Source of the DNA: Candidatus Electrothrix sp. GW3-4
Lineage (GTDB): Bacteria; Desulfobacterota; Desulfobulbia; Desulfobulbales; Desulfobulbaceae
Direction: 5' to 3'
Assembly (NCBI RefSeq): GCF_037902255.1
Contig: NZ_CP147990.1
Coordinates: forward strand, 240,001-272,000
Length of the DNA: 32,000 nt
Positions 16,043-24,708 of the stretch are shown piece by piece. Under the pieces are notes generated by a model. The model was not told where the DNA came from and did not search any database. It worked only from the letters and a program-made list of their open reading frames with translations. Numbering within the stretch: position 1 is the stretch's first letter; the number at the start of each line of letters is the position of its first letter. The translations under genes and the position numbers were made by a program.

Positions 16043-16683
16043 GATTCGTTGTTCTGGTTTGCGCCCTTTGCAGGCGTTTCTTGCGGAAGAAGCCCGGTTA
16101 GGGCCTGATCAATCATCAGCTCCAGGGACTCGCGGACATCGTCTTCACTGTGCAGGCGTTCAGAGTACCAGGCCGAAAGGGCCATCAGGTACAGGCCGTA
16201 AAAATGCCCGCTCGTGATAATCAGCTCAATATCCCACCGCAGCTGCCCTTTTTCCTGGGCTTCTTTGAAGATGCTGACAAAGAGCTCAAGGAACTGTTCT
16301 TCAATCATCCGTGATTTCTCGATGGTGATCTCTTTGGGAAAGGTCAGTTCCCGGACTAAGGTTCGACCAAATTCTTTGTTCTTGGTCACAAAACGGAACT
16401 CGCTCATAAGGACCAGCAGCATCCTTTCCGCCAGCGGTGCCTTGGGATCGAGTTTTTCCCGGATCTCATCATGGATAAAGGCGAGTTCTTCTTCACAGAA
16501 GGCCAAGAGGATCTCATTCTTTGAGGAGAAATAAGAGTAGATGGTTCCTTTTCCTATGCCTGCGGCCTTGGCCAGGGCCGACACGCTGGTGCTTTCATAG
16601 CCCCGTTCTCCGAACAGGTTGATTGCCGCTTCCATGATAGCGGCCTTGGTGGCCCTTTTTTTTTGTTCCCGTAATCCTGCCAT
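16039..16683 (-). CDS. TetR/AcrR family transcriptional regulator
   Basis: The start is taken at ATG 16683 (MAGLREQKKRATKAAIMEAAINLFGERGYESTSVSALAKAAGIGKGTIYSYFSSKNEIL, a canonical TetR HTH). The ORF track start at 16785 adds 34 non-homologous residues. Translationally coupled to the adaptor gene. Confidence 0.85.
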   Translation of the reverse strand: MAGLREQKKRATKAAIMEAAINLFGERGYESTSVSALAKAAGIGKGTIYSYFSSKNEILLAFCEEELAFIHDEIREKLDPKAPLAERMLLVLMSEFRFVTKNKEFGRTLVRELTFPKEITIEKSRMIEEQFLELFVSIFKEAQEKGQLRWDIELIITSGHFYGLYLMALSAWYSERLHSEDDVRESLELMIDQALTGLLPQETPAKGANQNNES

Positions 16684-16726
16684 TATTCCGTTTTGAAAAA
16701 ATACGTTAAGTTTTTTTGTAACACCC

Positions 16727-16747
16727 ATCCCTCCCCAGGGGAGGGAT
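16727..16747. promoter_or_regulatory. perfect palindrome upstream of tetR (candidate operator)
   Basis: ATCCCTCCCC-A-GGGGAGGGAT: 10-bp arms around a single central base, 44 bp upstream of the tetR ATG. There is no U-tract, so it does not look like a terminator. Confidence 0.25.
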
Positions 16748-17105
16748 AACAAGACATAAAAGGTGGGAGGCCTAGTTGGCTTCACCGACCACGTGCATAT
16801 AAAAGGTGGCCTGCGGTTTATCTGCCACCTTTATTGTGTGTTGTCCCGGTTCGCCGGGGTGAAGGTTCGTGGTAAGGGGAGCTGCTGAAGTTTTATTTTT
16901 GACTTTGGTTGAAATGTTAAGCGTGGTCGGGAAAAAGGTCAAGGAAGAAATGACTGCGGTCAAGTTTTGAAGGGGGAAATGAGAGCCCAGGGTATTGCTT
17001 GCTGTTCTTGCGTTGTTAGCGCAGTCTGTGTTTTTCCAGCAGCAGCGTCCTGGTTGAGAGAGGAAATCCATCTGTAAAGAATTCAGTTTGACGTGATAAC
17101 AGCCT

Positions 17106-17133
17106 TTGGATTTTTTTAAGAAAGATGTATAAT
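17106..17133 (+). promoter_or_regulatory. candidate sigma70-type promoter of the redox cluster
   Basis: TTGGAT (17106-17111), 16-nt spacer, TATAAT (17128-17133), about 70 nt upstream of the ATG at 17206. Pattern match only. Confidence 0.35.
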
Positions 17134-17205
17134 TAAATCCATAGGATTTTGCTTGATGCTGAATTTTTTCTTAAAGAACAGAAAGTACCTAACGGAGGCA
17201 ACCTG

Positions 17206-19170
17206 ATGGGAGAGCGGCAAGTGTATACGGTCACCTTTCTTCCGGCGGGGAGGACCTGTAGGGTTCAGGCAGGGACAGAGCTGCTCAAGGCGGCGAGAAA
17301 GGCTGGCTTGCATGTGAATGCCTCCTGCGGTGGCGCCGGGGTCTGCGGCAAATGCCAGGTCATTATTGAGAAGGGATCGGTTCGCGGCGGTAAAAGCGAA
17401 AAAATACCAGCCGCCTTCTCTGCCCAGGGATACCGGCAGGCCTGTCGTGCGCAGGTCTGTGAAGATGTCGTTGTCCGTATTCCAGAGGCAAGCGGTCAAC
17501 GCCAAGGAGGGCTGGGCACGGCCCTTCCGCAGCGGAATCATGCTCGTCAGCATGTCTTTGATATGGACGAACTCAAACAGGAAGGCGGTTGGTCGCCCTC
17601 TGTTGAGAAGGTCTGTATTGAATTGGCTCCTCCGGCTGGCCATGATAATCGGGCAGATGCCGGTCGCCTGTTGCAGGGTCTGGCTGCCCAGTATAACAGG
17701 AGATGTGAGCTCAAGAGTCTGGCCTTCCTCCAGAAGCTGGGTAAGGCCTTGCGACAGGAAGATTTTCAGGCCACGGCTACGCTGGAGGTCCCGGTGAATC
17801 TGGCCGCCCGCTATCGGCTGTTGGATATCCAGCCGGGCTATCAATGCCATCGGAATTTTGGGTTGGCCTTTGATATCGGGACGACAACCATCTACGGCGT
17901 GCTCATTGATCTTGAGACAGGGCGATTTCTTGCCGAGGCCTCCTGCTATAACCCGCAGATGAGTTATGGCGAGGATGTGATCTCCAGGATCATCTGTGCA
18001 GAAAAGCCGGACGGCCTGGATCTAATGCAGAGGCTGGTAAATGAGGCCATGAACCAACTTATCACCGAGATGCTGGACAAGGCCAGTCCCTCGGAGAGAA
18101 TTGGGCAGCAGCCTGTGACGCGGGATGAGATCAACTCTGTCTCCATTGCTGGCAATACCACCATGACCCACCTGCTCCTGCGTCTGGACCCGAGTAGTAT
18201 CCGCCGCTCCCCTTATGTGCCAACCACCACCTTTTTCCCCTCGTTTCGGGCCCGGGAGGTAGGGCTTAATCTCTCAGACACCTGTGCCTCCTTGGTCTAT
18301 CCAGCTATTTCCAGTTATGTGGGGGGAGATATCGTGGCCGGGGTCATGGCCTCAGGGATGTATAGCTCAGAACAACTGACCCTGTTCATTGATGTGGGGA
18401 CCAATGCGGAAATTGTTATCGGCAACCGGGATTGGTTAGCCTGTGCAGCCTGCTCTGCTGGCCCGGCCTTTGAGGGGGGCGGTATTACCCACGGAATTCG
18501 GGCCGTGGAAGGGGCGATCAGCGATTTCAGTCTGAATCCGGAAACCCTGGAGCCCATGAATGTCACTGAAGGGGACAAGGCCCCGATAGGTATATGCGGC
18601 TCTGGCCTGCTCATTATTGTGGCGACCCTGTTTGAACACGGCATCCTTAATCAGAGTGGCAAGTTCCATCCCCTGGGACATCCCCGTATCCGTGAGGGAA
18701 AAAGCGGGCATGAGTATGTTCTGGCCTGGAAAGACGAATGCGCCGCAGCCCATGACATCGTGATCAATGAAGTGGATATTGAGAATTTTATTCGGGCCAA
18801 GGGGGCAATTTTCGCCGGAATCACCACGGTGTTGCAGCAGGTTGGTTTGCAGGTGAGCGATCTGGAGCAGATCATTCTTGCTGGTGGGTTTGGCTCCTAT
18901 ATCGATCTGGACAGTGCAATGACTGTGGGCCTGCTGCCGGAAGTGGACCCGGAGATGATCCTGTACCTCGGGAATGGTTCCCTGACAGGAAGTTGGATGT
19001 GTGAACTCTCTAACCATATTCGTCGGGATGTGGTGGAGGTGGTTCGGAAGATGACCAGTTTTGAGCTCTCGGAAGTTCCGGGTTTCAAGGATCAGTATAT
19101 GGCCTCTATGTTTCTGCCCCATACGGACCTGAGCCTGTTTCCTGGCGCAGCCGTGCGTAACAACGTATAA
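17206..19170 (+). CDS. 2Fe-2S ferredoxin domain / ASKHA (DUF4445) protein, RACo-like (reductive activator of corrinoid proteins family)
   Basis: ATG at 17206 with a GGAGG RBS at 17194-17198. N-terminal plant-type ferredoxin (YTVTFLPAG...NASCGGAGVCGKCQV). ASKHA motifs FDIGTTTIYG, SIAGNTTMTHLLL, DVGTNAEIV, GICGSGL and LAGGFGSY. Confidence 0.85.
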   Translation: MGERQVYTVTFLPAGRTCRVQAGTELLKAARKAGLHVNASCGGAGVCGKCQVIIEKGSVRGGKSEKIPAAFSAQGYRQACRAQVCEDVVVRIPEASGQRQGGLGTALPQRNHARQHVFDMDELKQEGGWSPSVEKVCIELAPPAGHDNRADAGRLLQGLAAQYNRRCELKSLAFLQKLGKALRQEDFQATATLEVPVNLAARYRLLDIQPGYQCHRNFGLAFDIGTTTIYGVLIDLETGRFLAEASCYNPQMSYGEDVISRIICAEKPDGLDLMQRLVNEAMNQLITEMLDKASPSERIGQQPVTRDEINSVSIAGNTTMTHLLLRLDPSSIRRSPYVPTTTFFPSFRAREVGLNLSDTCASLVYPAISSYVGGDIVAGVMASGMYSSEQLTLFIDVGTNAEIVIGNRDWLACAACSAGPAFEGGGITHGIRAVEGAISDFSLNPETLEPMNVTEGDKAPIGICGSGLLIIVATLFEHGILNQSGKFHPLGHPRIREGKSGHEYVLAWKDECAAAHDIVINEVDIENFIRAKGAIFAGITTVLQQVGLQVSDLEQIILAGGFGSYIDLDSAMTVGLLPEVDPEMILYLGNGSLTGSWMCELSNHIRRDVVEVVRKMTSFELSEVPGFKDQYMASMFLPHTDLSLFPGAAVRNNV

Positions 19171-19242
19171 AGAGGGAGAAGACAATCTTATGATTTTGCC
19201 GTTGATATTTTTTGTCCTGCTCAATGCTGGAGGAAATGATTG

Positions 19243-20577
19243 ATGAAAACCTCTCGTTGTTCAGTCTGTGGTTATCTGCATTTCGGTGGTCTTGATTTCC
19301 ATTTTTGTCCGCTTTGTCATGCCACGGCTGATCTCTTTACGGACTGTACAGTAACTGACCGGGGTAAGCCGGGGACCGGGGATATCATGATGGTACGGAT
19401 GATTCAGGAAATGGCCGAGACAGGGGAACCGTTTCGCGAAGGCAAGGGGCCAACAAGGATGTTCCTGAATATGGATGACTTAATTTTTCGGCCTGCTGTG
19501 CTTGCTCGTTTACCGCTGGCAGAGACGGTTGAGGTCACGACCGAGGTTGTGCTCGGGAAAACAGCACAGCAGCCTATTGTCCTCAAGACGCCGATCCTTA
19601 ATGCCGCGATGTCATACGGTGCCTTAAGTAAGGAAGCCAAGATGGCCCTGGCCTTGGCCTCCTCCCGAGTTGGAACCATTGCCAATACCGGAGAAGGGGG
19701 CATGTTGGATGAAGAGCGGGAGCTTGCCGAATACCTTACCTTGCAGTATGCTCCTGGTCATTTTGGGGTGAAGCGGGAACGGTTGTTATTGGCTGATATG
19801 GTGGAGATAAAGCTTGCTCAGGGTGCTCATCCGGGAACAGGGGCGTGGTTGTCCGCTGCCAATGTTAGTGTTGATATTGCTGCTACCCGAAGAATACCTA
19901 TAGGAGAGGCGGCGAGTTCGCCCGTAGTCCACGCGGATATACAAGGTGGAGGTGAGCTGTCAGAAAAAATTTTAAAACTTCGTGAGCTCACCCTGGGAAA
20001 GCCCATTGCGGTAAAAATAGCTGGCGGACACCTGGAAGATGATCTGAAAGCGATTTTTCATCAGGAGTATATTCCCGATGTCTTGGTCATTGATGGTGGT
20101 GAAGGCGGAACCTGTGCCTCCTCTGTGATCATGAAGGATCATGTTGGGCTCCCCTTGGTCTATGCCTTGCCCAGGGTGGTTAGTTTTCTCCGAAAGGAGG
20201 AGTTGTTTCATCGCGTTACCCTGATTGCGGCAGGTGGTATCCGTCATGCCGGGGATGTTGCTAAGGCCCTTGCTCTTGGGGCAGAGGCTGTGTACATGGG
20301 CGGGGCACTTAAGATCGCCCTGGGCTGTACCTATCGCCGACAATGTCATCTCGGCAATTGTCCGCATGGCATTGCAACCCAGGATAAGAAACTGCGTAAG
20401 CGCCTTGATGTGGAACAGGGGGCAACCCGCATTGCCCGTTTTATCCAGGCTACGACTGAGGAGGTGAAATCCATTGCCCGCTGCTGTGGCAGGGGTTCCG
20501 TACATGACCTTGATCGAACGGATTTGGCGGCCCTGCAGCCTGAGTTGGCACGCATTACCGGGGTTGAACTGGCATAA
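19243..20577 (+). CDS. glutamate synthase-related FMN/Fe-S protein (GltB domain-2 like) with N-terminal rubredoxin-like zinc ribbon
   Basis: ATG at 19243, with a GGAGGA RBS 8 nt upstream. N-terminus CSVCGYLHFGGLDFHFCPLCH (CxxC-x13-CxxC). Core motifs PILNAAMSYGALS, NTGEGG, KLAQGAHPG, IDGGEGGT, IAAGGIR and CHLGNCPHGIATQD are typical of the Glu_synthase family. Confidence 0.85.
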   Translation: MKTSRCSVCGYLHFGGLDFHFCPLCHATADLFTDCTVTDRGKPGTGDIMMVRMIQEMAETGEPFREGKGPTRMFLNMDDLIFRPAVLARLPLAETVEVTTEVVLGKTAQQPIVLKTPILNAAMSYGALSKEAKMALALASSRVGTIANTGEGGMLDEERELAEYLTLQYAPGHFGVKRERLLLADMVEIKLAQGAHPGTGAWLSAANVSVDIAATRRIPIGEAASSPVVHADIQGGGELSEKILKLRELTLGKPIAVKIAGGHLEDDLKAIFHQEYIPDVLVIDGGEGGTCASSVIMKDHVGLPLVYALPRVVSFLRKEELFHRVTLIAAGGIRHAGDVAKALALGAEAVYMGGALKIALGCTYRRQCHLGNCPHGIATQDKKLRKRLDVEQGATRIARFIQATTEEVKSIARCCGRGSVHDLDRTDLAALQPELARITGVELA

Positions 20578-20652
20578 AAAGAAGGGGCAGGGAATTAAAA
20601 AATAAGCAGCAGGACGTTGTCTGGAGCTGCGTAACCTGATGGGCGTATATTC

Positions 20653-21144
20653 ATGCTTTCTCAATTTTCATCCATGCTCGTAGCGTTGCTCCTGGTTATT
20701 GCCGGTGCCACACTTCTTGTGATGATTGAAATGACGGGAAAAAATGGAAACTCTCAGCAGGAGAAGAAAAAAAAGATTCTTCGTGCCTTTGGCTATCTTC
20801 TTTTCTTTCTCTTTGCCTTGGTCGTGGCCCTTCTGCTGAACAATGCCGGGGGATTCAACTATCAGGGGATGATGTCTGTCTGGGAAGCAGTACATATTGT
20901 CCTGGCCTTACTCCTGCTGACGCTTATCCTTATTAAGCTCTTTCTCATCAAGCTGCACGTCCAAAGCAGTTTCCGATTGGTTTTCCTGGGAACGGGACTA
21001 TTTGGTTTTATTTTCGTCCTGATCGGCGTTACAATAGGATATTATATTTTTAATCCCTCAGGGCTTTACTCTGCGTCTGAGATGCCAATGGGTTGGGGCT
21101 CTCAGGGGGGGCTCAGCTCAGCGTCTTATGGGGGGAAAATGTAG
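20653..21144 (+). CDS. 4-TM membrane domain of TM/multi-CxxCH cytochrome paralog 1 (frame broken; N-terminal fragment)
   Basis: Collinear with aa 1-135 of the 22004 gene (FSSML..E-MTGK..HIVLALLL..GYY). It ends at TAG 21142, just after G-runs at 21105-21111 and 21130-21135. Confidence 0.7.
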   Translation: MLSQFSSMLVALLLVIAGATLLVMIEMTGKNGNSQQEKKKKILRAFGYLLFFLFALVVALLLNNAGGFNYQGMMSVWEAVHIVLALLLLTLILIKLFLIKLHVQSSFRLVFLGTGLFGFIFVLIGVTIGYYIFNPSGLYSASEMPMGWGSQGGLSSASYGGKM

Positions 21145-21895
21145 CAAATGCCACTCGCTTGAGCGGGTCTTTTTGGACTTTAAGGAGGCAAAGGATTGGC
21201 AGCAGACTGTGCAGAGGATGGCAGTGCTGGATTATCCCAACATCAGTCAGGCTGATGTCGAGCAGATTACGGCCTATTTGCTCGAACAGCAGCAGCGAAG
21301 AGAACAAAATACGGATCGTCAAAAAATCGGCAAAAATTTGGTGACCAGAAAATGTGGGATATGCCATGATCTGAGTAGGGTCTTCAGAGCGGATAAGACC
21401 GTCCTGGAGTGGGAAAAGACAGTCGATAACATGGTGGCATTTCTCGGCGTGTCAAATTTTCTTTCAACCCAGGAACGAAACGATATTATCACCTTTCTCA
21501 GTAGTCGGCAGAACAGAAAGAGGCAGGGTAAACCTCCCAGCGAGGAAAAAATGGCCGAAGCCCTTGTTGCCCGTAAGTGCAGTGCCGGATGTCATGCGTT
21601 GGATAGGGTGCTGCGCGTGGAGAAAAAACCGCAACAGTGGTTAGAAACTGTTGAAAGTATGGAGGCAATGACCGGTGATCCAACATTTCTTTCTGAGCAG
21701 GAAAAAGAGATTATAGTTGATTGGCTCCTGCATCGGAAGCGGCCTGTTACATCACAAGAAGAAGCAGTGCGTTCAGAGGGGACGGAAGATGTACATACGC
21801 TTATCTCCAGCAAATGCACAGCATGTCATGATTTGGAGAAGCTCTTTCAGGGCCGTATCAAGAAGGGAACTCCTTTCCCTGGAGAAACCCAGTAA
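21128..21895 (+). CDS. CxxCH-repeat (c-type cytochrome-like) domain of paralog 1 (C-terminal fragment; 4th repeat truncated)
   Basis: Carries KCSKCHSLERV, KCGICHDLSRV, KCSAGCHALDRV and KCTACHDLEKL, each followed by W..TV..M. The frame is open from 21038 and overlaps the TM fragment. Removing one G merges the two ORFs. The fourth module ends prematurely at TAA 21893. Confidence 0.75.
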   Translation: MGGKCSKCHSLERVFLDFKEAKDWQQTVQRMAVLDYPNISQADVEQITAYLLEQQQRREQNTDRQKIGKNLVTRKCGICHDLSRVFRADKTVLEWEKTVDNMVAFLGVSNFLSTQERNDIITFLSSRQNRKRQGKPPSEEKMAEALVARKCSAGCHALDRVLRVEKKPQQWLETVESMEAMTGDPTFLSEQEKEIIVDWLLHRKRPVTSQEEAVRSEGTEDVHTLISSKCTACHDLEKLFQGRIKKGTPFPGETQ

Positions 21896-22003
21896 GATCA
21901 ATCCTGCATCGGATCCCTGGAGGAGTCATTCCGCGTGGAAGATCCGATACCGTTCCGGCACATCGCCTGAACAGATTCAAAAGGAAAGAACAAGGTAGGT
22001 GTT

Positions 22004-23389
22004 ATGCATCCCCATTTTTCATCAATGTTAGCAACGTTGTTAGTTGTTATCGGCGGAGTAACCGTCCTTATCATGCTGGAGATGACCGGAAAGGTCCGGG
22101 ACAGCCCCAGAAGAAAAGGCTGGATACTTCTCCATCGCATCCTCGGCTACCTGTTTCTTGTTCTTTTTGCCGCAATGCTGGTCTTTATGGTGATCAAGGC
22201 GGGAGGCTTTCAGGAGGAACTCCCTGCCCGGGCAATGATCCATATTATCCTGGCCTTGCTCCTTGTTCCTCTGATCATGATCAAGGTGGTGATTGCTAGG
22301 CGACATGCCCAGCTCAGTACCAAACTGATTATGCTGGGACTGGCAATCTTTGGGCTCTCCTTTGGCCTGACCGGCATTACGGCAGGTTATTATGCCCTTC
22401 ATCGTTCTGATTATAAATATGCGGTCCTCTCTGATGTGGATGATGATATCCTGAATGTGGAAATAGGACAGAAAATCACCAATAGAAAATGCAGTAAATG
22501 CCATAGCCTTGAGCGGGTTTATCAGAGTTATAAATCTGATATAGCCTGGACACAGACCATTCATAAAATGGCAGAACTGGATTATCCGAATATCACCAAT
22601 TTTGACGTAAAGCAGATTGTTGGTTATTTGGTACAACAGCAGCAGAAAAGGCAGGGAGAAGAAAAGGATAAGCTCCGTATGGAGATTGGACGGAGTCTGG
22701 TGAGCCAGAAATGCAGTATTTGTCATAATCTGGACAGAATCTTTGGGGCGAAAAAAAGTCGACAGGAATGGACAGAGACCGTGAACAGGATGACCAAGAC
22801 CAATGGTGATGCTGATTATCTTTCTGATCAGGAAGCAGGCGATATTATTTATTTCTTAACGCGTATTCGGAAGGAAGAGTTGCAGGAAGAAACAACGGTT
22901 GTCCCTCCTCCTCAACCGAGCCCGTCAAAGGAGATTCAGAAACTTATTGCTCTCAAATGCAGTGCTGGTTGCCATGCCCTGGACAGGGTCCTGCGTGTCC
23001 ATAAGGACGAAAAGGCGTGGCTTGAAACGGTAAACAGTATGGTGGAGATAACAGGAGATCCGGATTTCCTCACTCCAGAACAGAAGAAGGATATTGTTCA
23101 ATTCCTCAGTACCCGCAAGCAGCCTAGCGGCAGCGAACTCGGAGGCCTTCATCCTGATCTGTCAGAGGGGGTTGATCCCTTGCTTGATAATAAGTGTAAT
23201 GTCTGTCATGATCTGGAGCGAATCCAGCGGGTAGAGAGGAATGAAAAGGAATGGACAGATATCGTCAATAGCATGGTGGAAAGTACCGGTGATCCAAATT
23301 ATCTCTCAACGCAAGAGAAAGAGAAGATCATTAATATCATCAGCGCCTGGGGCTCGAAAGAGCAAAAGGAAGAGGAAAAAGAAAAATGA
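22004..23389 (+). CDS. membrane-anchored (4 TM) protein with four tandem CxxCH haem-c-type modules (putative tetrahaem cytochrome c)
   Basis: 461 aa. TM helices at about aa 8-26, 41-64, 77-97 and 107-131. Motifs CSKCH (22490-22504), CSICH, CSAGCH and CNVCH occur at aa 163, 237, 319 and 398. Each sits in the pattern KCxxCHxL(D/E)R-x7-9-W-x2-(T/I)(V/I)-x2-M...(Y/F)L(S/T)xQE. Confidence 0.85.
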   Translation: MHPHFSSMLATLLVVIGGVTVLIMLEMTGKVRDSPRRKGWILLHRILGYLFLVLFAAMLVFMVIKAGGFQEELPARAMIHIILALLLVPLIMIKVVIARRHAQLSTKLIMLGLAIFGLSFGLTGITAGYYALHRSDYKYAVLSDVDDDILNVEIGQKITNRKCSKCHSLERVYQSYKSDIAWTQTIHKMAELDYPNITNFDVKQIVGYLVQQQQKRQGEEKDKLRMEIGRSLVSQKCSICHNLDRIFGAKKSRQEWTETVNRMTKTNGDADYLSDQEAGDIIYFLTRIRKEELQEETTVVPPPQPSPSKEIQKLIALKCSAGCHALDRVLRVHKDEKAWLETVNSMVEITGDPDFLTPEQKKDIVQFLSTRKQPSGSELGGLHPDLSEGVDPLLDNKCNVCHDLERIQRVERNEKEWTDIVNSMVESTGDPNYLSTQEKEKIINIISAWGSKEQKEEEKEK

Positions 23390-23406
23390 GCCGAGAAGCC
23401 CGGCTC
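23388..23406 (+). terminator. candidate terminator after the cytochrome cluster
   Basis: GAGCCG (23388-23393) / CGGCTC (23401-23406) with a 7-nt loop, followed by GTTTCG. It overlaps the stop codon and sits between convergent genes. Confidence 0.35.
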
Positions 23407-23442
23407 GTTTCGCTGATGTGGTGAATCCCTGGCAGGAGAAGG

Positions 23443-24639
23443 TTAGGCAAACAGATTGGAGAAGATCCGGTATCCTCCGACCCAGGTGCCGATGGAAGAG
23501 CCGAAGCCGGTCATAATGAAGACGAGAAAAATCCGGAGCAGTTTATTGCGCCACCAGCCGCGCAGCGTAACCATGTCATTGGACACCCCTTCAAATTCCT
23601 TGACCACAGGGGGGCAGGCCATCACCTGGACAAAGGCACAGACATAACCGGCCCCGATGACCGGTGTCAGGCTGGTAATGGGCGCCGCTGCAAAGGCGGA
23701 AACAATGGTGGCAGGATGGGCAAAGGCGAGCACGGCCCCGATGGCTGAAGGTATGCCGTTGGCCAGAATCCAGTACAGGGCATTGGCCCCGGCCTCACCT
23801 GCTCCCTGCCGGAAGCCGATAATCGCCAGGGAGAGGAGGATCGCCACAGGGATGGACCAACCGAAAAACTTCCAGCCCTTGGATACCGGGGGAATGGTAT
23901 TAATCTCCTCCATCCTGCCGCTATTCTCTTCCGGGAAGATCCGTTTAATTCCCTCCATATGACCGGCCCCAACGACAGCAACGATGCGGTTCCCTGGGGC
24001 CTGTTTGATCTTTTCCGCCATAAAGACATCCCGCTCATCAATCAGAGCTGCTTTGGCCGCAGGCAGGGCTGTTCCGATTTCGTTCATCAGCTCGGAAAGC
24101 ACATCGTTGCGCCGTAACTCTGCCAGCTTTTCCTCATCCAATTCTGTGTCATCAAAGAGAGAGGTCAGCAGGCTTGCCATCATATAGAATTTCTTCCACA
24201 GCGAGGTCGCCTTCCAGGCTCGACGCAGGGTAATGCGCACATCTCGATCACAGAGTTCTACAGGGATGTGACGCTCCTTTGCCGCCTGAGCTGCGGTAAG
24301 CAGTTCTGTCCCTGGCTGGATGCCAATCTTGTTGCCCAGTTTTTTCTGGTACGAGGCCAGCACAAGATTAACCAGCAGGGTGGAGAGTTGTTTCTTGCGA
24401 ATGATCTGCTTCAGATCCAGGTTTTCCCATTGATGTGGGTTGGACAGGGCTGCATAGCGTTTTTCATCCAACTCTATGCAGACCGTATCTGGTTGTTCCT
24501 GTTCAATAACCTCCTGGACAAGATCAGCCGATTGTTGGGAGATATGGGCGGTTCCGACCAGAAGGATCGTCTTGTCATCATGCTGAATAACAGCAACATC
24601 ATCGGAATACTTCTTGCTCGGAAAAGGTGTGTTAGGCAT
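23443..24639 (-). CDS. TraB/GumN family protein with C-terminal TM region
   Basis: 398 aa. ILLVGTAHISQQSADLVQEVIEQEQPDTVCIELDEKRY and VVGAGHMEGI are family hallmarks. The C-terminal 130 aa is hydrophobic. Confidence 0.85.
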   Translation of the reverse strand: MPNTPFPSKKYSDDVAVIQHDDKTILLVGTAHISQQSADLVQEVIEQEQPDTVCIELDEKRYAALSNPHQWENLDLKQIIRKKQLSTLLVNLVLASYQKKLGNKIGIQPGTELLTAAQAAKERHIPVELCDRDVRITLRRAWKATSLWKKFYMMASLLTSLFDDTELDEEKLAELRRNDVLSELMNEIGTALPAAKAALIDERDVFMAEKIKQAPGNRIVAVVGAGHMEGIKRIFPEENSGRMEEINTIPPVSKGWKFFGWSIPVAILLSLAIIGFRQGAGEAGANALYWILANGIPSAIGAVLAFAHPATIVSAFAAAPITSLTPVIGAGYVCAFVQVMACPPVVKEFEGVSNDMVTLRGWWRNKLLRIFLVFIMTGFGSSIGTWVGGYRIFSNLFA

Positions 24640-24708
24640 TGGGTTGTTCGGGTTAAGTTTTTTTTTGAGGGGGTATTGTCCGCCCTCGCCAGCATAACAT
24701 ACGGGTTT

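Noticed and set aside
16772-17071. A 99-aa minus-strand ORF in the tetR/RACo intergenic region, and a hairpin AAAGGTGGC-N13-GCCACCTTT (16802-16832).
   Set aside because: The ORF has no RBS and odd composition, and it overlaps probable promoter DNA. The hairpin has T-runs compatible with either strand but no gene that would end there. It is noted as a possible sRNA or terminator, but it cannot be supported from sequence alone.
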